Shown here: one piece after another, positions 7,296-16,595 of the stretch | Layout: the number at the start of each line of letters is the position of its first letter | How positions within the stretch are numbered: the stretch's first letter is position 1 | Source of the DNA: an uncultured bacterium | GTDB taxonomy: Bacteria > SAR324 > NAC60-12 | DNA length: 30,990 nucleotides | Direction of reading: 5' to 3' | Assembly (NCBI GenBank): GCA_964010765.1 | Contig: CAXGMD010000040.1 | Coordinates: 1-30,990 of the forward strand | The notes under the pieces: model-generated | Databases searched by the model: none | Told to the model about the DNA's origin: nothing | The model's input: the letters and a program-made list of their open reading frames with translations, nothing else | Position numbers and translations under genes: made by a program

Positions 7296-9686
7296 TCACA
7301 ACTCCAATTTGTTTTCCGCCTCAGATGCAGCGAGACGTTGCTGTGAATCACACAGATTATGAATTAAATTGTCCGTTGCAGGTTCTGTCCCAACCCGATA
7401 GTGCTCATAAAATGTTTGTTCTGGCGGGTCACAGGGTGCCGCCCGTCTCCCTGATTCGTGAACTTTAACAGTAATTACCCCTGGGGGTTGAGAAAATTGC
7501 TCTGTAGCAAGATTTGCAACTGCATTCTTCATAAAGTCAACCCAGATCGGTGCGGCAGCTCGGGAGCCAGTCTCAGTACCTCCCATTGATTTGGGGTTGT
7601 CATAACCAACATATACCCCTGTCAACAACTGAGGGATGAAACCAATGTACCAAGCATCTTTACTATCGTTTGTGGTTCCAGTTTTGCCCGCTGAAGGTCT
7701 GCCAATAGCTTTTGCTCGAACTCCAGTTCCATGATCAACGACATCTCTCATAGCATCAGTTATCAAGAATGCGGTTTCCTCTGATATTATTTTTTCAGTA
7801 GGATTACCATTTTCTTCTAGTATGTTGCCGTGGACATCCTCAATTTTGATTACAAAAACCGGATCTACTCTTTGACCCCGATTAGCCAAAACCCCATAGG
7901 CTTCGACCATCTCTTCCAAAGTTACGGAGAAGGAGCCAAGACCAATGGTAAGGTTCTTATCCATGCTTGCTGAAATTCCCAATTTTCTGGAATAACTAAT
8001 TAGACGCTGCGGGCCCAGGTCTTCTACCAGGCCAATAGTGGGTAAATTCAGACTTTTCACTAACGCGCTTCTGAGTGTGACACTCCCCTCAAGTTTATTC
8101 CCATAATTCTTGGGTTTCCAAATTTCTTGTTCTCCTAAAATACGGTTGTCAGTTTTATATGCCCTTGGTGAGTCAACAAGTCTACTGTTCAGTGTGTAGC
8201 CGGTATCAAGAGCTGCCGCATAGACAATTGGTTTGAAGGCTGAACCAGGTTGTCTGACAGCTTGGGTACTGCGATTAAATTCGCTGGCAGTGTAGTCGTA
8301 ACCACCTGACATCGCGTAAACGTGGCCGTTAATGGGATTCAGGGCGATAATCCCACCGTTCACTTTTGGTACTTGATGGAGTTTCAAACGAAACAGACCT
8401 TCAGAACTAGCATAATCTTGAAGTTCCACCTCAATCACATCCCCAACAGCGAGCATATCGCTCATTGATTGAACCCAAGTATAGTTTTGTGTTTCAGATT
8501 GCCATGTCCGTTGCCATTCCTTCAGATGTTCCCATTCAAGCAACCCAAATTGCTCCCCACGTAGTTGAATTTGAGCAATTTCTTTTTCTGCATCAACCTT
8601 TCTGACAACCCCACGGACGACCGTTCCGATTGAAAGTGGAACATCACCTATATATTCAGCCATTTCAGTTTGGGCTAGTTGACCATCTTCTTGAGGAAGA
8701 ATTGATTTGATTGGGCCTTGATATCCTTGACGGTGGGTTAGATCTTCAAGACCACGTCTTAATGCCTCTTGAGCATATAGCTGATAGTCGAGATCCATTG
8801 CCAAATGGACCTTCAAGCCCCCGGTATAAAGAGTGTCATAACCATATTTCTCAATTAAATATCTGCGAACATGTTCAACATAGTGCGCTGTTGCATCTGA
8901 GGTTGAATCGCTCATTCTCGAAAGGTTTAATGGTTCTGCTTGCGCTTCAATCATCTCTTCATGACTGATGAAACGCTCTTCAGCCATTCTGAATAAAACC
9001 TGATTTCTACGTTGTATTGCGAGTTCCGGATTTTTATTGGGATTGTAGCGAGAGGGTGCTGGAAGAAGGCCTACCAAGAGTGCGCTTTCGGAAAGTGTCA
9101 ATTCTTCGGTATGCTTGCCAAAGTAACCCTGTGTTGAAGCTTCTACTCCTTCAGCATTACCAAAAAAGACTTTGTTCAAATACAGGGTAATGATTTGTTG
9201 TTTGTCAAACTTACTTTCCATTTTCAGCGAAAGCAAAATTTCTCTAATTTTCCTAACCAGCTTTTTTTCTTGGGTCAGAAGAAAAAGACGTGCTGTTTGC
9301 TGGGTAAGAGTACTGGCTCCCTGAACAAAGTCTCCTGCTTCAAAATTAACGATTGCTGCCTTCAACATCCGGATTGGATCGATTCCAAAGTGGGAGAAGT
9401 AACGTGAGTCTTCGCTGGCCAATAATGCTTGGATCAGATGCGGAGGAAAAGACTCATAGGGAATTACAACTCTTCGCTGCAGAAAAAGTTCACCAATTTG
9501 CTTGCCATCACGATCAAATAGAACAGTGGGTAAGACGTCATTCCTTTTATCCAGTTCAATATCAATATTCTCTGGAAGACCTTGGCTAAGATGCCAAAGA
9601 TATGAGCCAATGGCGATCCCAGTTACCAGACTCACTACTATTCCACTAAAAAAAAACCACTTGAGGGTCTTAAGAAAAATATTCAT
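7296..9686 (-). CDS. mrcA: Penicillin-binding protein 1A (transglycosylase/transpeptidase)
   Basis: Glycosyltransferase motifs EDSRYFSHFG, GASTLTQQ, RKIRE, YLN. Transpeptidase motifs SAFK, SLN, KTG. OB-like insert. Confidence 0.95.
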   Translation of the reverse strand: MNIFLKTLKWFFFSGIVVSLVTGIAIGSYLWHLSQGLPENIDIELDKRNDVLPTVLFDRDGKQIGELFLQRRVVIPYESFPPHLIQALLASEDSRYFSHFGIDPIRMLKAAIVNFEAGDFVQGASTLTQQTARLFLLTQEKKLVRKIREILLSLKMESKFDKQQIITLYLNKVFFGNAEGVEASTQGYFGKHTEELTLSESALLVGLLPAPSRYNPNKNPELAIQRRNQVLFRMAEERFISHEEMIEAQAEPLNLSRMSDSTSDATAHYVEHVRRYLIEKYGYDTLYTGGLKVHLAMDLDYQLYAQEALRRGLEDLTHRQGYQGPIKSILPQEDGQLAQTEMAEYIGDVPLSIGTVVRGVVRKVDAEKEIAQIQLRGEQFGLLEWEHLKEWQRTWQSETQNYTWVQSMSDMLAVGDVIEVELQDYASSEGLFRLKLHQVPKVNGGIIALNPINGHVYAMSGGYDYTASEFNRSTQAVRQPGSAFKPIVYAAALDTGYTLNSRLVDSPRAYKTDNRILGEQEIWKPKNYGNKLEGSVTLRSALVKSLNLPTIGLVEDLGPQRLISYSRKLGISASMDKNLTIGLGSFSVTLEEMVEAYGVLANRGQRVDPVFVIKIEDVHGNILEENGNPTEKIISEETAFLITDAMRDVVDHGTGVRAKAIGRPSAGKTGTTNDSKDAWYIGFIPQLLTGVYVGYDNPKSMGGTETGSRAAAPIWVDFMKNAVANLATEQFSQPPGVITVKVHESGRRAAPCDPPEQTFYEHYRVGTEPATDNLIHNLCDSQQRLAASEAENKLEL

Positions 9687-10246
9687 CGATCAGCAGAAGT
9701 GGGTTGGTCTTTTGTAGCAATCACGCCAATATTTTGCTCAGTTGACTGTATTGCTTGATTAATTATAGGTTCCATTTTTTCAGCAAACTTTGAATGGGCG
9801 TTTTCAACAAAAAGGTGGGAAATGATTTCAGATGATTTCAATGGATTGTCAGGCTTTTTAACCATGAGAAGTCCCTTCTTCAATAACTTAGCTTCTTCCA
9901 AAGAAATTGTCCCGAAAACATTATGATCATGAGTCTCATTGGAAAGTTCTTCCTGGAAAAGGGTATCTGAAGAATATTGGATTGGCTTGATTCTAAAATT
10001 GCATTTATTGGGTAACCCAATTTCTTCCAAGGATTTGTATCGAAATTGCTGACCAAATCGAACTCCATCAAAAGCGAGATGCTCGATGGGAGTGTTGTAG
10101 TCAAGAAAAACTTGAACCTCTTGACCAGAAATCTTGTTGACCACCTTACTTACTTTGGGTGGCTTCTTAAAAAAGCCTCGTCGACGTAATCTCAGTAACC
10201 AATAGATCAAGCCGATAATGACAATTAAAATTGAAAGATTAAGCAT
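9683..10246 (-). CDS. Hypothetical membrane-anchored protein
   Basis: 187-aa ORF with N-terminal TM helix followed by a basic patch. Stop overlaps the mrcA start (ATGA). Confidence 0.65.
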   Translation of the reverse strand: MLNLSILIVIIGLIYWLLRLRRRGFFKKPPKVSKVVNKISGQEVQVFLDYNTPIEHLAFDGVRFGQQFRYKSLEEIGLPNKCNFRIKPIQYSSDTLFQEELSNETHDHNVFGTISLEEAKLLKKGLLMVKKPDNPLKSSEIISHLFVENAHSKFAEKMEPIINQAIQSTEQNIGVIATKDQPTSADR

Positions 10247-10313
10247 CCAGCTGAGAGTGTTAAAAGTCTCTGATATTAAAGAATTTGTTTTTCAGGAAAG
10301 TTTAACCAAATTC

Positions 10314-10670
10314 GTGCAGATTCCGTTCCGTGCATTATTTATCTGTAAAGTAATCCTAGTCATTTTGATTGGACTGATCTTCCCTCAGTTTGGTTTTTTT
10401 GTAACAGAGGCCAAGGCGCAAATGGAAGGCAATTATTCTCAACCAGCATGCCAGGAATTTTTGGAACCAACAAATCCTGCTGAATTGAAACTGTTGAGAG
10501 AGTGTGCAAAACAACAGCGAGACACAAGAGTTAAAGGGAGAAAGGAGGAAATAAGAGTGCTTAGAACCGCTTCAGCTTCGTTTTTGAGCGAATCTCTGGG
10601 AGGCCCTTCTGGAGAGATAATGCCAGTTGCTAAACCAGATGACGCTAATGCTACAGCAGCCAGTCAGTGA
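10314..10670 (+). CDS. Hypothetical exported protein
   Basis: Track start 10218 overlaps the divergent gene, so in-frame GTG 10314 is more plausible. Hydrophobic stretch ending AKA-Q, and two Cys in the mature part. Confidence 0.55.
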   Translation: MQIPFRALFICKVILVILIGLIFPQFGFFVTEAKAQMEGNYSQPACQEFLEPTNPAELKLLRECAKQQRDTRVKGRKEEIRVLRTASASFLSESLGGPSGEIMPVAKPDDANATAASQ

Positions 10671-10679
10671 TTAAGAGGT

Positions 10680-11426
10680 ATGAATCAGCAACTCAAAAGC
10701 GTACTTGAAGAAGTTATCTTTGGACCACTTTTTTTTTCCATTCTTATCTTCATTCCCTACATCTTTTTGAGAAAGCAGAAGAAAATCTCAGATCCAAGAT
10801 GGTGGGGACTCACGATGCCATTATTGTTGTTGATATTTAGTAGCGATTTGTTTTATCAAGTCTTCTCAGCACCATTAAAATGGATCACGCCGGTCAGTGA
10901 GAAAAAAAAAGCGGAGGCTATTATTGTTGCTTCAGCAGGTGTTCATCCTTCGGGGGCACCAACTCATTCTTCAGCAATCAGGGCTCATGCAGCAGGACTC
11001 CTCTACTTGGAAGATTGGGCGCCTGAGATTTTAGTGGCGGGAGGAGTCATGGAGCCATATGATCCACCACTAGAGATCAAAGGCATACGGCTAATTTTGA
11101 GAGGCATGGGTATTCCCGACGAAGCAATTTTAGTAGAAACAAAATCAAAGAACACTCATGAGAATGGATTTGCAATATCTGAAATTCTCTCTGAAAAAAA
11201 TATAAAGCGGGTATTGGTTGTTTCTCACGATTACCATCTTTTTCGGCTTGTATCCGTTCTCCAGAGATACAACCTAGAAGTTATACCTTTCAAAGCAAAT
11301 CGTACTTACCCCCATGAACCAAATGATTGGTGGCATCAATTCGAGTGGGAAAATTTCAATAGATTGAAAACCGTAGCACATGAATATGTTGGAATCTTAA
11401 TTTACAAACTTACAAATAAAATTTAG
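10680..11426 (+). CDS. YdcF/ElyC (DUF218) family membrane protein
   Basis: Two N-terminal TM helices, ETKSKNTHENG, VSHDYHLFR, HEYVG. GAGG ribosome-binding site. Confidence 0.88.
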   Translation: MNQQLKSVLEEVIFGPLFFSILIFIPYIFLRKQKKISDPRWWGLTMPLLLLIFSSDLFYQVFSAPLKWITPVSEKKKAEAIIVASAGVHPSGAPTHSSAIRAHAAGLLYLEDWAPEILVAGGVMEPYDPPLEIKGIRLILRGMGIPDEAILVETKSKNTHENGFAISEILSEKNIKRVLVVSHDYHLFRLVSVLQRYNLEVIPFKANRTYPHEPNDWWHQFEWENFNRLKTVAHEYVGILIYKLTNKI

Positions 11427-11429
11427 GTA

Positions 11430-11867
11430 ATGGAATTGAGTGGTGTTAGGTTGTTGGCAGACCGTCTACTAAATGAGCATGAGTTATTTGAAAAGGGTTG
11501 GAGTTTTAGTTTTGACAGAGCAAAAAGAAGAGCAGGTTCCTGCAAATTTTCAAAGAAAGAAATTACCTTAGCAAGAGCTTATGCTGAACAAGAAGACTTT
11601 AAGGAAATCAAAAATACAATTCTTCATGAGATCGCGCACGCTTTAGTTGGGCCAAAACATGGTCATAACGAAATTTGGAGGCAGAAAGCACTAGAAATTG
11701 GCTGCGATGCTGAACGGTGTCATTATGTTGTATTTTCAAAGCCAAAATATAAATTGACTTGTATAAACAGGTGCTTTGAGGTTGCTCGATATCGAGTAAA
11801 TCAAAATTTTTTACACTCAAGAATTTGTTCTAAATGTAAAGGTAAACTACTAATTTTTGATATTTGA
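11430..11867 (+). CDS. SprT-like zinc metalloprotease domain protein
   Basis: FDRAKRRAGSC, TILHEIAHAL (HExxH), GHNEIW, C-terminal Cys cluster (CINRC...CSKC). Confidence 0.88.
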   Translation: MELSGVRLLADRLLNEHELFEKGWSFSFDRAKRRAGSCKFSKKEITLARAYAEQEDFKEIKNTILHEIAHALVGPKHGHNEIWRQKALEIGCDAERCHYVVFSKPKYKLTCINRCFEVARYRVNQNFLHSRICSKCKGKLLIFDI

Positions 11868-12405
11868 ATTAGAATTACGAATGATCAGTATCAACCGAAG
11901 ATTCATTAATTTTCCTGTAAGTCAACTGGTTCTTTTACTTATTTTATTTTCATTAATGATTATTGTTATGATCCGTCAATTTTGGTGGAAACCATTAGAA
12001 TGTGAGATTAAATTTTTAGAGAAGAAAATATCAAGTAATCAATCAGAATTAAATAACTTACCCCCAAAAAGATTTTCTAAAGATTTGATTCAATACGAGA
12101 CCAGCCCTGAATCCCCAGCAAAATCTTTACAAGCACTTCAAGAATCAACTAAAAATTTTGAAATTCAAATACTCCAACAAAATTTGAATTCAATCAATGA
12201 TTCACGAAAAAACGATGGATTTGAAATTATCTTATCACTCAAAGCAACTTACCAAAATTTAACAAAATGGCTTGAGAGGTTGGATTCACAAAAAAATATC
12301 CTGCATATACCAAGGATAAATGTAAAAAATTTGGATACTTCTGAAATTTCTCCAAAAATTCAACTTGATTTGACTGTCAATGGATTTCAAATTCCAGAAA
12401 AATGA
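11857..12405 (+). CDS. PilO/GspM-like pilus assembly protein (divergent)
   Basis: N-terminal TM helix, coiled coil, then LSLKATYQNLTKWLERLDSQKNILHI resembling the PilO ferredoxin-like domain. True start may be ATG 11881. Confidence 0.55.
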   Translation: MIFELELRMISINRRFINFPVSQLVLLLILFSLMIIVMIRQFWWKPLECEIKFLEKKISSNQSELNNLPPKRFSKDLIQYETSPESPAKSLQALQESTKNFEIQILQQNLNSINDSRKNDGFEIILSLKATYQNLTKWLERLDSQKNILHIPRINVKNLDTSEISPKIQLDLTVNGFQIPEK

Positions 12406-12821
12406 CCAAAAACTTCATATTATGTCTCTATGTTATCATCTTTAACCCTTCGTTAGTTTTTGGAAATAACCCATTTTCAACGAAATTGACCTCCAATCAA
12501 AAGAAAGTTGAATTAGCTGAAAAGAAATTTGATTTCGACACAGCTAAATCACTTGGCAGTGTGCAAACAACTTCAGATGTTGCTCCTGGAAATTTAAACT
12601 TTAGGCTAGTTGGGATTGTTTCGAATAATGGAGAATGTTCAATACTCATCCAGAGTCAAAATTCGTATGAATGGGTTGAATCAGGTAACTCTTGGAAGGA
12701 TTGGAAATTTGATTCTTGCGAAAAATCTCTTGCCTTGTTTTCTAATGGAGATCAACTAAAAAGGCTAAGTCTGGGCCAGGCCTCGATCGAAGTCAAAAGC
12801 AGCAAAACGTTTGCAAAATGA
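12402..12821 (+). CDS. Exported protein, weakly PilP/GspC-like
   Basis: Signal-like N-terminus, NPF motif, FRLVGIV...ILIQ...VESG pattern, ATGA-coupled to the pilO-like gene. Confidence 0.45.
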   Translation: MTKNFILCLYVIIFNPSLVFGNNPFSTKLTSNQKKVELAEKKFDFDTAKSLGSVQTTSDVAPGNLNFRLVGIVSNNGECSILIQSQNSYEWVESGNSWKDWKFDSCEKSLALFSNGDQLKRLSLGQASIEVKSSKTFAK

Positions 12822-13111
12822 ACTCTGAGGCAGATGCCACACCAATTTTTTTGGCGAAACATTAGATAAAGTAAAATTAATGAAATCCCAATTCCAACAA
12901 CTAATATAAGGGTTAGGATTTTATAAAAAAAAACTGGTTCTTTTAGAAGAAATAAGCTTAAGCAAAATATTGAGAGAAAATAGATACTCCCAACAATTGG
13001 TAATAAAGATTTCTTCTTAAGATTTAGCGCAATGCTGATGGAACTCTGTAAGCCTAACAAGCTTCCCCCCCAAACAAGCCAAACTAAACTTCCTAATTCA
13101 ATTTCTGGCAT
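12752..13111 (-). CDS. Small VKOR (vitamin K epoxide reductase)-like membrane protein
   Basis: About four hydrophobic segments and SLILLYLMFRQKNWCGICLRVH, a CxxC at the start of the last helix as in VKOR. Confidence 0.6.
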   Translation of the reverse strand: MPEIELGSLVWLVWGGSLLGLQSSISIALNLKKKSLLPIVGSIYFLSIFCLSLFLLKEPVFFYKILTLILVVGIGISLILLYLMFRQKNWCGICLRVHFANVLLLLTSIEAWPRLSLFS

Positions 13112-13151
13112 TTCACAGGCAATAGATATAGGCTAATTGAAGAATAGTTAA

Positions 13152-13192
13152 TGACAGATCAAATTAATCTAACTGATTAGATGTATCTGTCA
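13152..13192. promoter_or_regulatory. Nested inverted repeat in divergent promoter region
   Basis: TGACAGAT (13152-13159) / ATCTGTCA (13185-13192) enclosing ATCTAA-CTGA-TTAGAT (13167-13182). Confidence 0.4.
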
Positions 13193-13229
13193 AAATTCGA
13201 TTAGCTGCTAAAAGGTTTTGGATCCTCTT

Positions 13230-14621
13230 ATGACAAAGACGAATGTAGATGTAGCCATCATAGGTACAGGTACAGCAGGGATGACTGCATATCGTGCAGT
13301 CCGAAAATATACCAACAAAATTGCATTAATCGAGGGTAATAAATATGGAACTACCTGTGCGAGAGTAGGGTGTATGCCCAGCAAGCTTTTGATTGCCGCT
13401 GCAGAAGCATCCCACTCAATTCAGAAAAGCTCCAAGTTTGGTGTATATGCCAGTGAAACTCCCGTCATTAATGGCAAAGAGGTAATGCAGCGTGTTCGTG
13501 ACGAACGTGATCGATTTGTCGGTTTTGTTTTAGAATCAGTTGCCGAATTTGAAGCTGAACACAAAATTTGGGGCATGGCGAAATTTGTTGATGATAATAC
13601 GTTGGCTGTTGATGAAAAATTAATTCATGCCAAAACCTTTGTAATTGCGACGGGTTCTTCTCCCAAAATCATGCCTCAATTCTTTGGTTTGGGAGATAAA
13701 TTAATTATTAATGATGATATTTTTGAATGGGTTGATCTTCCCAAATCAGTTGCTGTTTTTGGTTCTGGTGTAATCGGGTTGGAATTGGGTCAAGCTCTTC
13801 ACCGCCTTGGAGTGAAGGTCAAAGTTTTTGGACGTCCCGGTAGAATAAGACCAATTTCAGATCCTGAAATTGTCTCTTACGCAAAGGAAACATTTCAATG
13901 TGAATTTTATCTGGATTCAGAATCAACGATTGAAAAGATCTGGCGAGATGGTAACGAAGTCGTTGTCCAGTATCTTACCAACGGTGAGCAAAATATTGAA
14001 AGATTTGAATATCTATTGGCTGCGACAGGACGAAAACCAAATATCGAAAATCTAGATTTATCCAGAACTTCATTGCAATTGGATTCCAATGGTATTCCTG
14101 TTTTTGACCGTTTGACGATGCAGTGCGGCAACAGCCATTTCTTCATTGCAGGAGATATTAATAATGATCTCACTTTGCTGCATGAGGCCTCAGATGAAGG
14201 AAAAATTGCAGGTGAAAATGCTGCAACCTTTCCAAATGTAAGTCGAGGAATCCGCCGTTCAATGTTGAGTGTTGTTTTTACTGATCCCCAAATAGCAGTA
14301 TTGGGGGAAACTTGGGAGGATCTACACAATTCCAAACCTTTTATTACAGGCAGAGTTTCGTTTGAAAGTCAGGGTCGCAGTAGAGTTATGTTAAAGAACA
14401 AAGGACTAATGCATGTCTACGCGGATCCTCTTACAAAAAGACTTCTTGGTGCAGAAATTTTTGGACCTGATGCCGAGCACCTGGGCCATTTATTGGCGTG
14501 GTCACACCAGCAAGCCATGACGATTCCACAAATTCTTGAAATGCCTTTTTATCATCCAGTAGTGGAAGAGGGTCTTAGAACAGCTCTTCGTGATGCTGAT
14601 TCTCAACTAAAGAATAATTAG
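13230..14621 (+). CDS. Dihydrolipoamide dehydrogenase-like pyridine nucleotide-disulfide oxidoreductase
   Basis: GTGTAG FAD motif, TTCARVGCMPSK redox disulfide, GSGVIG NAD motif, C-terminal HPVVEE. Confidence 0.92.
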   Translation: MTKTNVDVAIIGTGTAGMTAYRAVRKYTNKIALIEGNKYGTTCARVGCMPSKLLIAAAEASHSIQKSSKFGVYASETPVINGKEVMQRVRDERDRFVGFVLESVAEFEAEHKIWGMAKFVDDNTLAVDEKLIHAKTFVIATGSSPKIMPQFFGLGDKLIINDDIFEWVDLPKSVAVFGSGVIGLELGQALHRLGVKVKVFGRPGRIRPISDPEIVSYAKETFQCEFYLDSESTIEKIWRDGNEVVVQYLTNGEQNIERFEYLLAATGRKPNIENLDLSRTSLQLDSNGIPVFDRLTMQCGNSHFFIAGDINNDLTLLHEASDEGKIAGENAATFPNVSRGIRRSMLSVVFTDPQIAVLGETWEDLHNSKPFITGRVSFESQGRSRVMLKNKGLMHVYADPLTKRLLGAEIFGPDAEHLGHLLAWSHQQAMTIPQILEMPFYHPVVEEGLRTALRDADSQLKNN

Positions 14622-14624
14622 ATC

Positions 14625-15317
14625 TTGGTAAATCACATCAACACTAAAGCAAGAGTTGTTCGAGAGATTCTTGAGCAAAATGATTTATCAATCACTGACG
14701 AGCAATGGCAGCGTTTAGAAACTTGGGTCGATCGTTTGGTTGAGATCAATAGAAGAATTAATTTGATTTCACGTAAGCAAACTGAAGTAGTTTGGTTACA
14801 TCACATTCTTCACTCAATTACCCCACTCGTTTTAATTGATTTTCCAAAAAATATTGAGCTCTGCGATTTTGGTACAGGCGGAGGATTGCCTGGGGTTCCA
14901 CTAGCTATTTTGAGACCTGATTGGCAAGTTTTTTTGTTGGATTCGCGTCAAAAAAAGATTTCAGCTATCAAGGAAACCACAGATGGACTCGGTTGTGTTA
15001 ATTTAAATTTTATTGTGGGACGTGGGGAGGAAGTCGGTCTGGATCCAATGTACGATAGTAGATTTCAATGGCTGACTGCGAGAGCAGTATCAGCTATTGG
15101 GAACCTTGAAAGATGGACAAGAGATTTGCGTAAAAAAGAAGCTACTTTAATCGCATTTAAAGGGGGTAGTTTGGAGAATGAAGAAGTTACCCCTAATCAA
15201 CTTCAAAATGTTGCTAATTTAATTGAACACCCAATTAAATTAAATGGATATTCTGATTTTTACTTTGGCGAAAAGAAATTAGTGGAAATTAAATTCATTA
15301 ATCAACTATTCCGGTAA
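14625..15317 (+). CDS. rsmG: 16S rRNA m7G527 methyltransferase
   Basis: NRRINLIS, HILHS, DFGTGGGLPGVPLAI, LLDS..KK, TARAV, FKG. Confidence 0.93.
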   Translation: MVNHINTKARVVREILEQNDLSITDEQWQRLETWVDRLVEINRRINLISRKQTEVVWLHHILHSITPLVLIDFPKNIELCDFGTGGGLPGVPLAILRPDWQVFLLDSRQKKISAIKETTDGLGCVNLNFIVGRGEEVGLDPMYDSRFQWLTARAVSAIGNLERWTRDLRKKEATLIAFKGGSLENEEVTPNQLQNVANLIEHPIKLNGYSDFYFGEKKLVEIKFINQLFR

Positions 15318-16502
15318 AAAAGTATTAAGTTTTTCTTTGTGGTAAATATCACGATTTTGATAGATTTCTTTAACCTTTGCTCTAACTTGGGTCAAAATCT
15401 TTGCAGTTTGACTTCCTTCTTCAGGTTTGTTGGATGTATCAAAATTATCAATAAATTTCATATATTTTCCAAGTGTATCTATATCACCAAAATATACTGA
15501 AATTGCTACCAGTAGCTGGGCTCCCATCAATCCCTGAATTTCATTTAACGTTTCGAAGTTGTCATCTAAAATTAGCTTGGCTTCCTTCAACAAATTTTCG
15601 GATTTTTCCCTTGTAAATTCAGCACTTTTCCCAAGATTTGTTATGCATAATTGAGCATGTCTTGCTTTGTTCATTGATTCAAGCCTTACGAAAACTCCAT
15701 TCTCAGGGTTCATCTCACGCAAAATCTTGAATCCAAGAGCAGCAAATTCATAGCTCAGATTAGCCTGTTCGATATTTCTTGATTCCTCACCAATCCCCTC
15801 TTTATTTTGATTGTATTTGGCAGATAATTCAGCTTTTTCTGTGTTCCATTTCTCTGAGAACTTTGAAACATCAAATGATGGCTCATCTTCTTGACTAAAC
15901 TTGAAAAACTCCTCCCCGGGAGCAGTAAAATTACAATTTGGGCAAATGGTCAAATAAAGTAAATTATAGTCAATTGGGTCTTTACCATCAACAGGTTCTC
16001 CAAAGGTAGGAATCCCAAAAATATTGTTCTTTATATGTACGGACTTACTTCGAAGCGAATATTGGTGCACTTTATCTTGTCCACAAACAAAACATTCAAC
16101 GTAATGTCCTAAAAGCGAGGAATTTTGGCAGACCAATTTGTCAACAGTATTACTCTGATCACTCTGAAGAAGGTGATTAATCCCATGGTTTTCTCCTGGC
16201 CTTGTACTAAATTGTAGACCAATAATAAAGTACCCGTGCTGTTTACTAGGTTTTGCCCATCGAACAACCACACTGCCAATTGGATCACAAACCGTGTATT
16301 CTCCTTTTTTCGAAGAGGATGGAATGTAAATCTGGAGCAAAACTTTTGAAAAAATATTGACAGGTCGCTTGCATCTGATCCGACAACCTCCCTCTGAAAG
16401 ATCAAGACCAACTACATTTTCGATATGGTTATGAACATGTAAACGAGCAGGAAACACAATTCTGCGACGTTCGTGGACTCGAATTTCTGACATATCTGAC
16501 AT
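15306..16502 (-). CDS. PilZ domain fused to DUF2225-like Zn-binding/helical domain
   Basis: RVHER (RxxxR) and DLSEGG c-di-GMP motifs, GLQF end of PilZ, then CFVC...YNLLYLTICPNCNFTA and a helical C-terminus. Confidence 0.75.
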   Translation of the reverse strand: MSDMSEIRVHERRRIVFPARLHVHNHIENVVGLDLSEGGCRIRCKRPVNIFSKVLLQIYIPSSSKKGEYTVCDPIGSVVVRWAKPSKQHGYFIIGLQFSTRPGENHGINHLLQSDQSNTVDKLVCQNSSLLGHYVECFVCGQDKVHQYSLRSKSVHIKNNIFGIPTFGEPVDGKDPIDYNLLYLTICPNCNFTAPGEEFFKFSQEDEPSFDVSKFSEKWNTEKAELSAKYNQNKEGIGEESRNIEQANLSYEFAALGFKILREMNPENGVFVRLESMNKARHAQLCITNLGKSAEFTREKSENLLKEAKLILDDNFETLNEIQGLMGAQLLVAISVYFGDIDTLGKYMKFIDNFDTSNKPEEGSQTAKILTQVRAKVKEIYQNRDIYHKEKLNTFLPE

Positions 16503-16595
16503 GACTGCCTTTGCTTTGAGAGTTTTCTGGTATTTTTTTAGTTGCTGATAGTAGTTCGCTAAGAATTGTACTTCCAGTCGAAATCTTGTGTTTGC

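Noticed and set aside
13112..13200. Upstream extension or Sec read-through restoring the VKOR loop cysteines
   Set aside because: The upstream in-frame stop is TAG, only eight codons before the ATG, not TGA.
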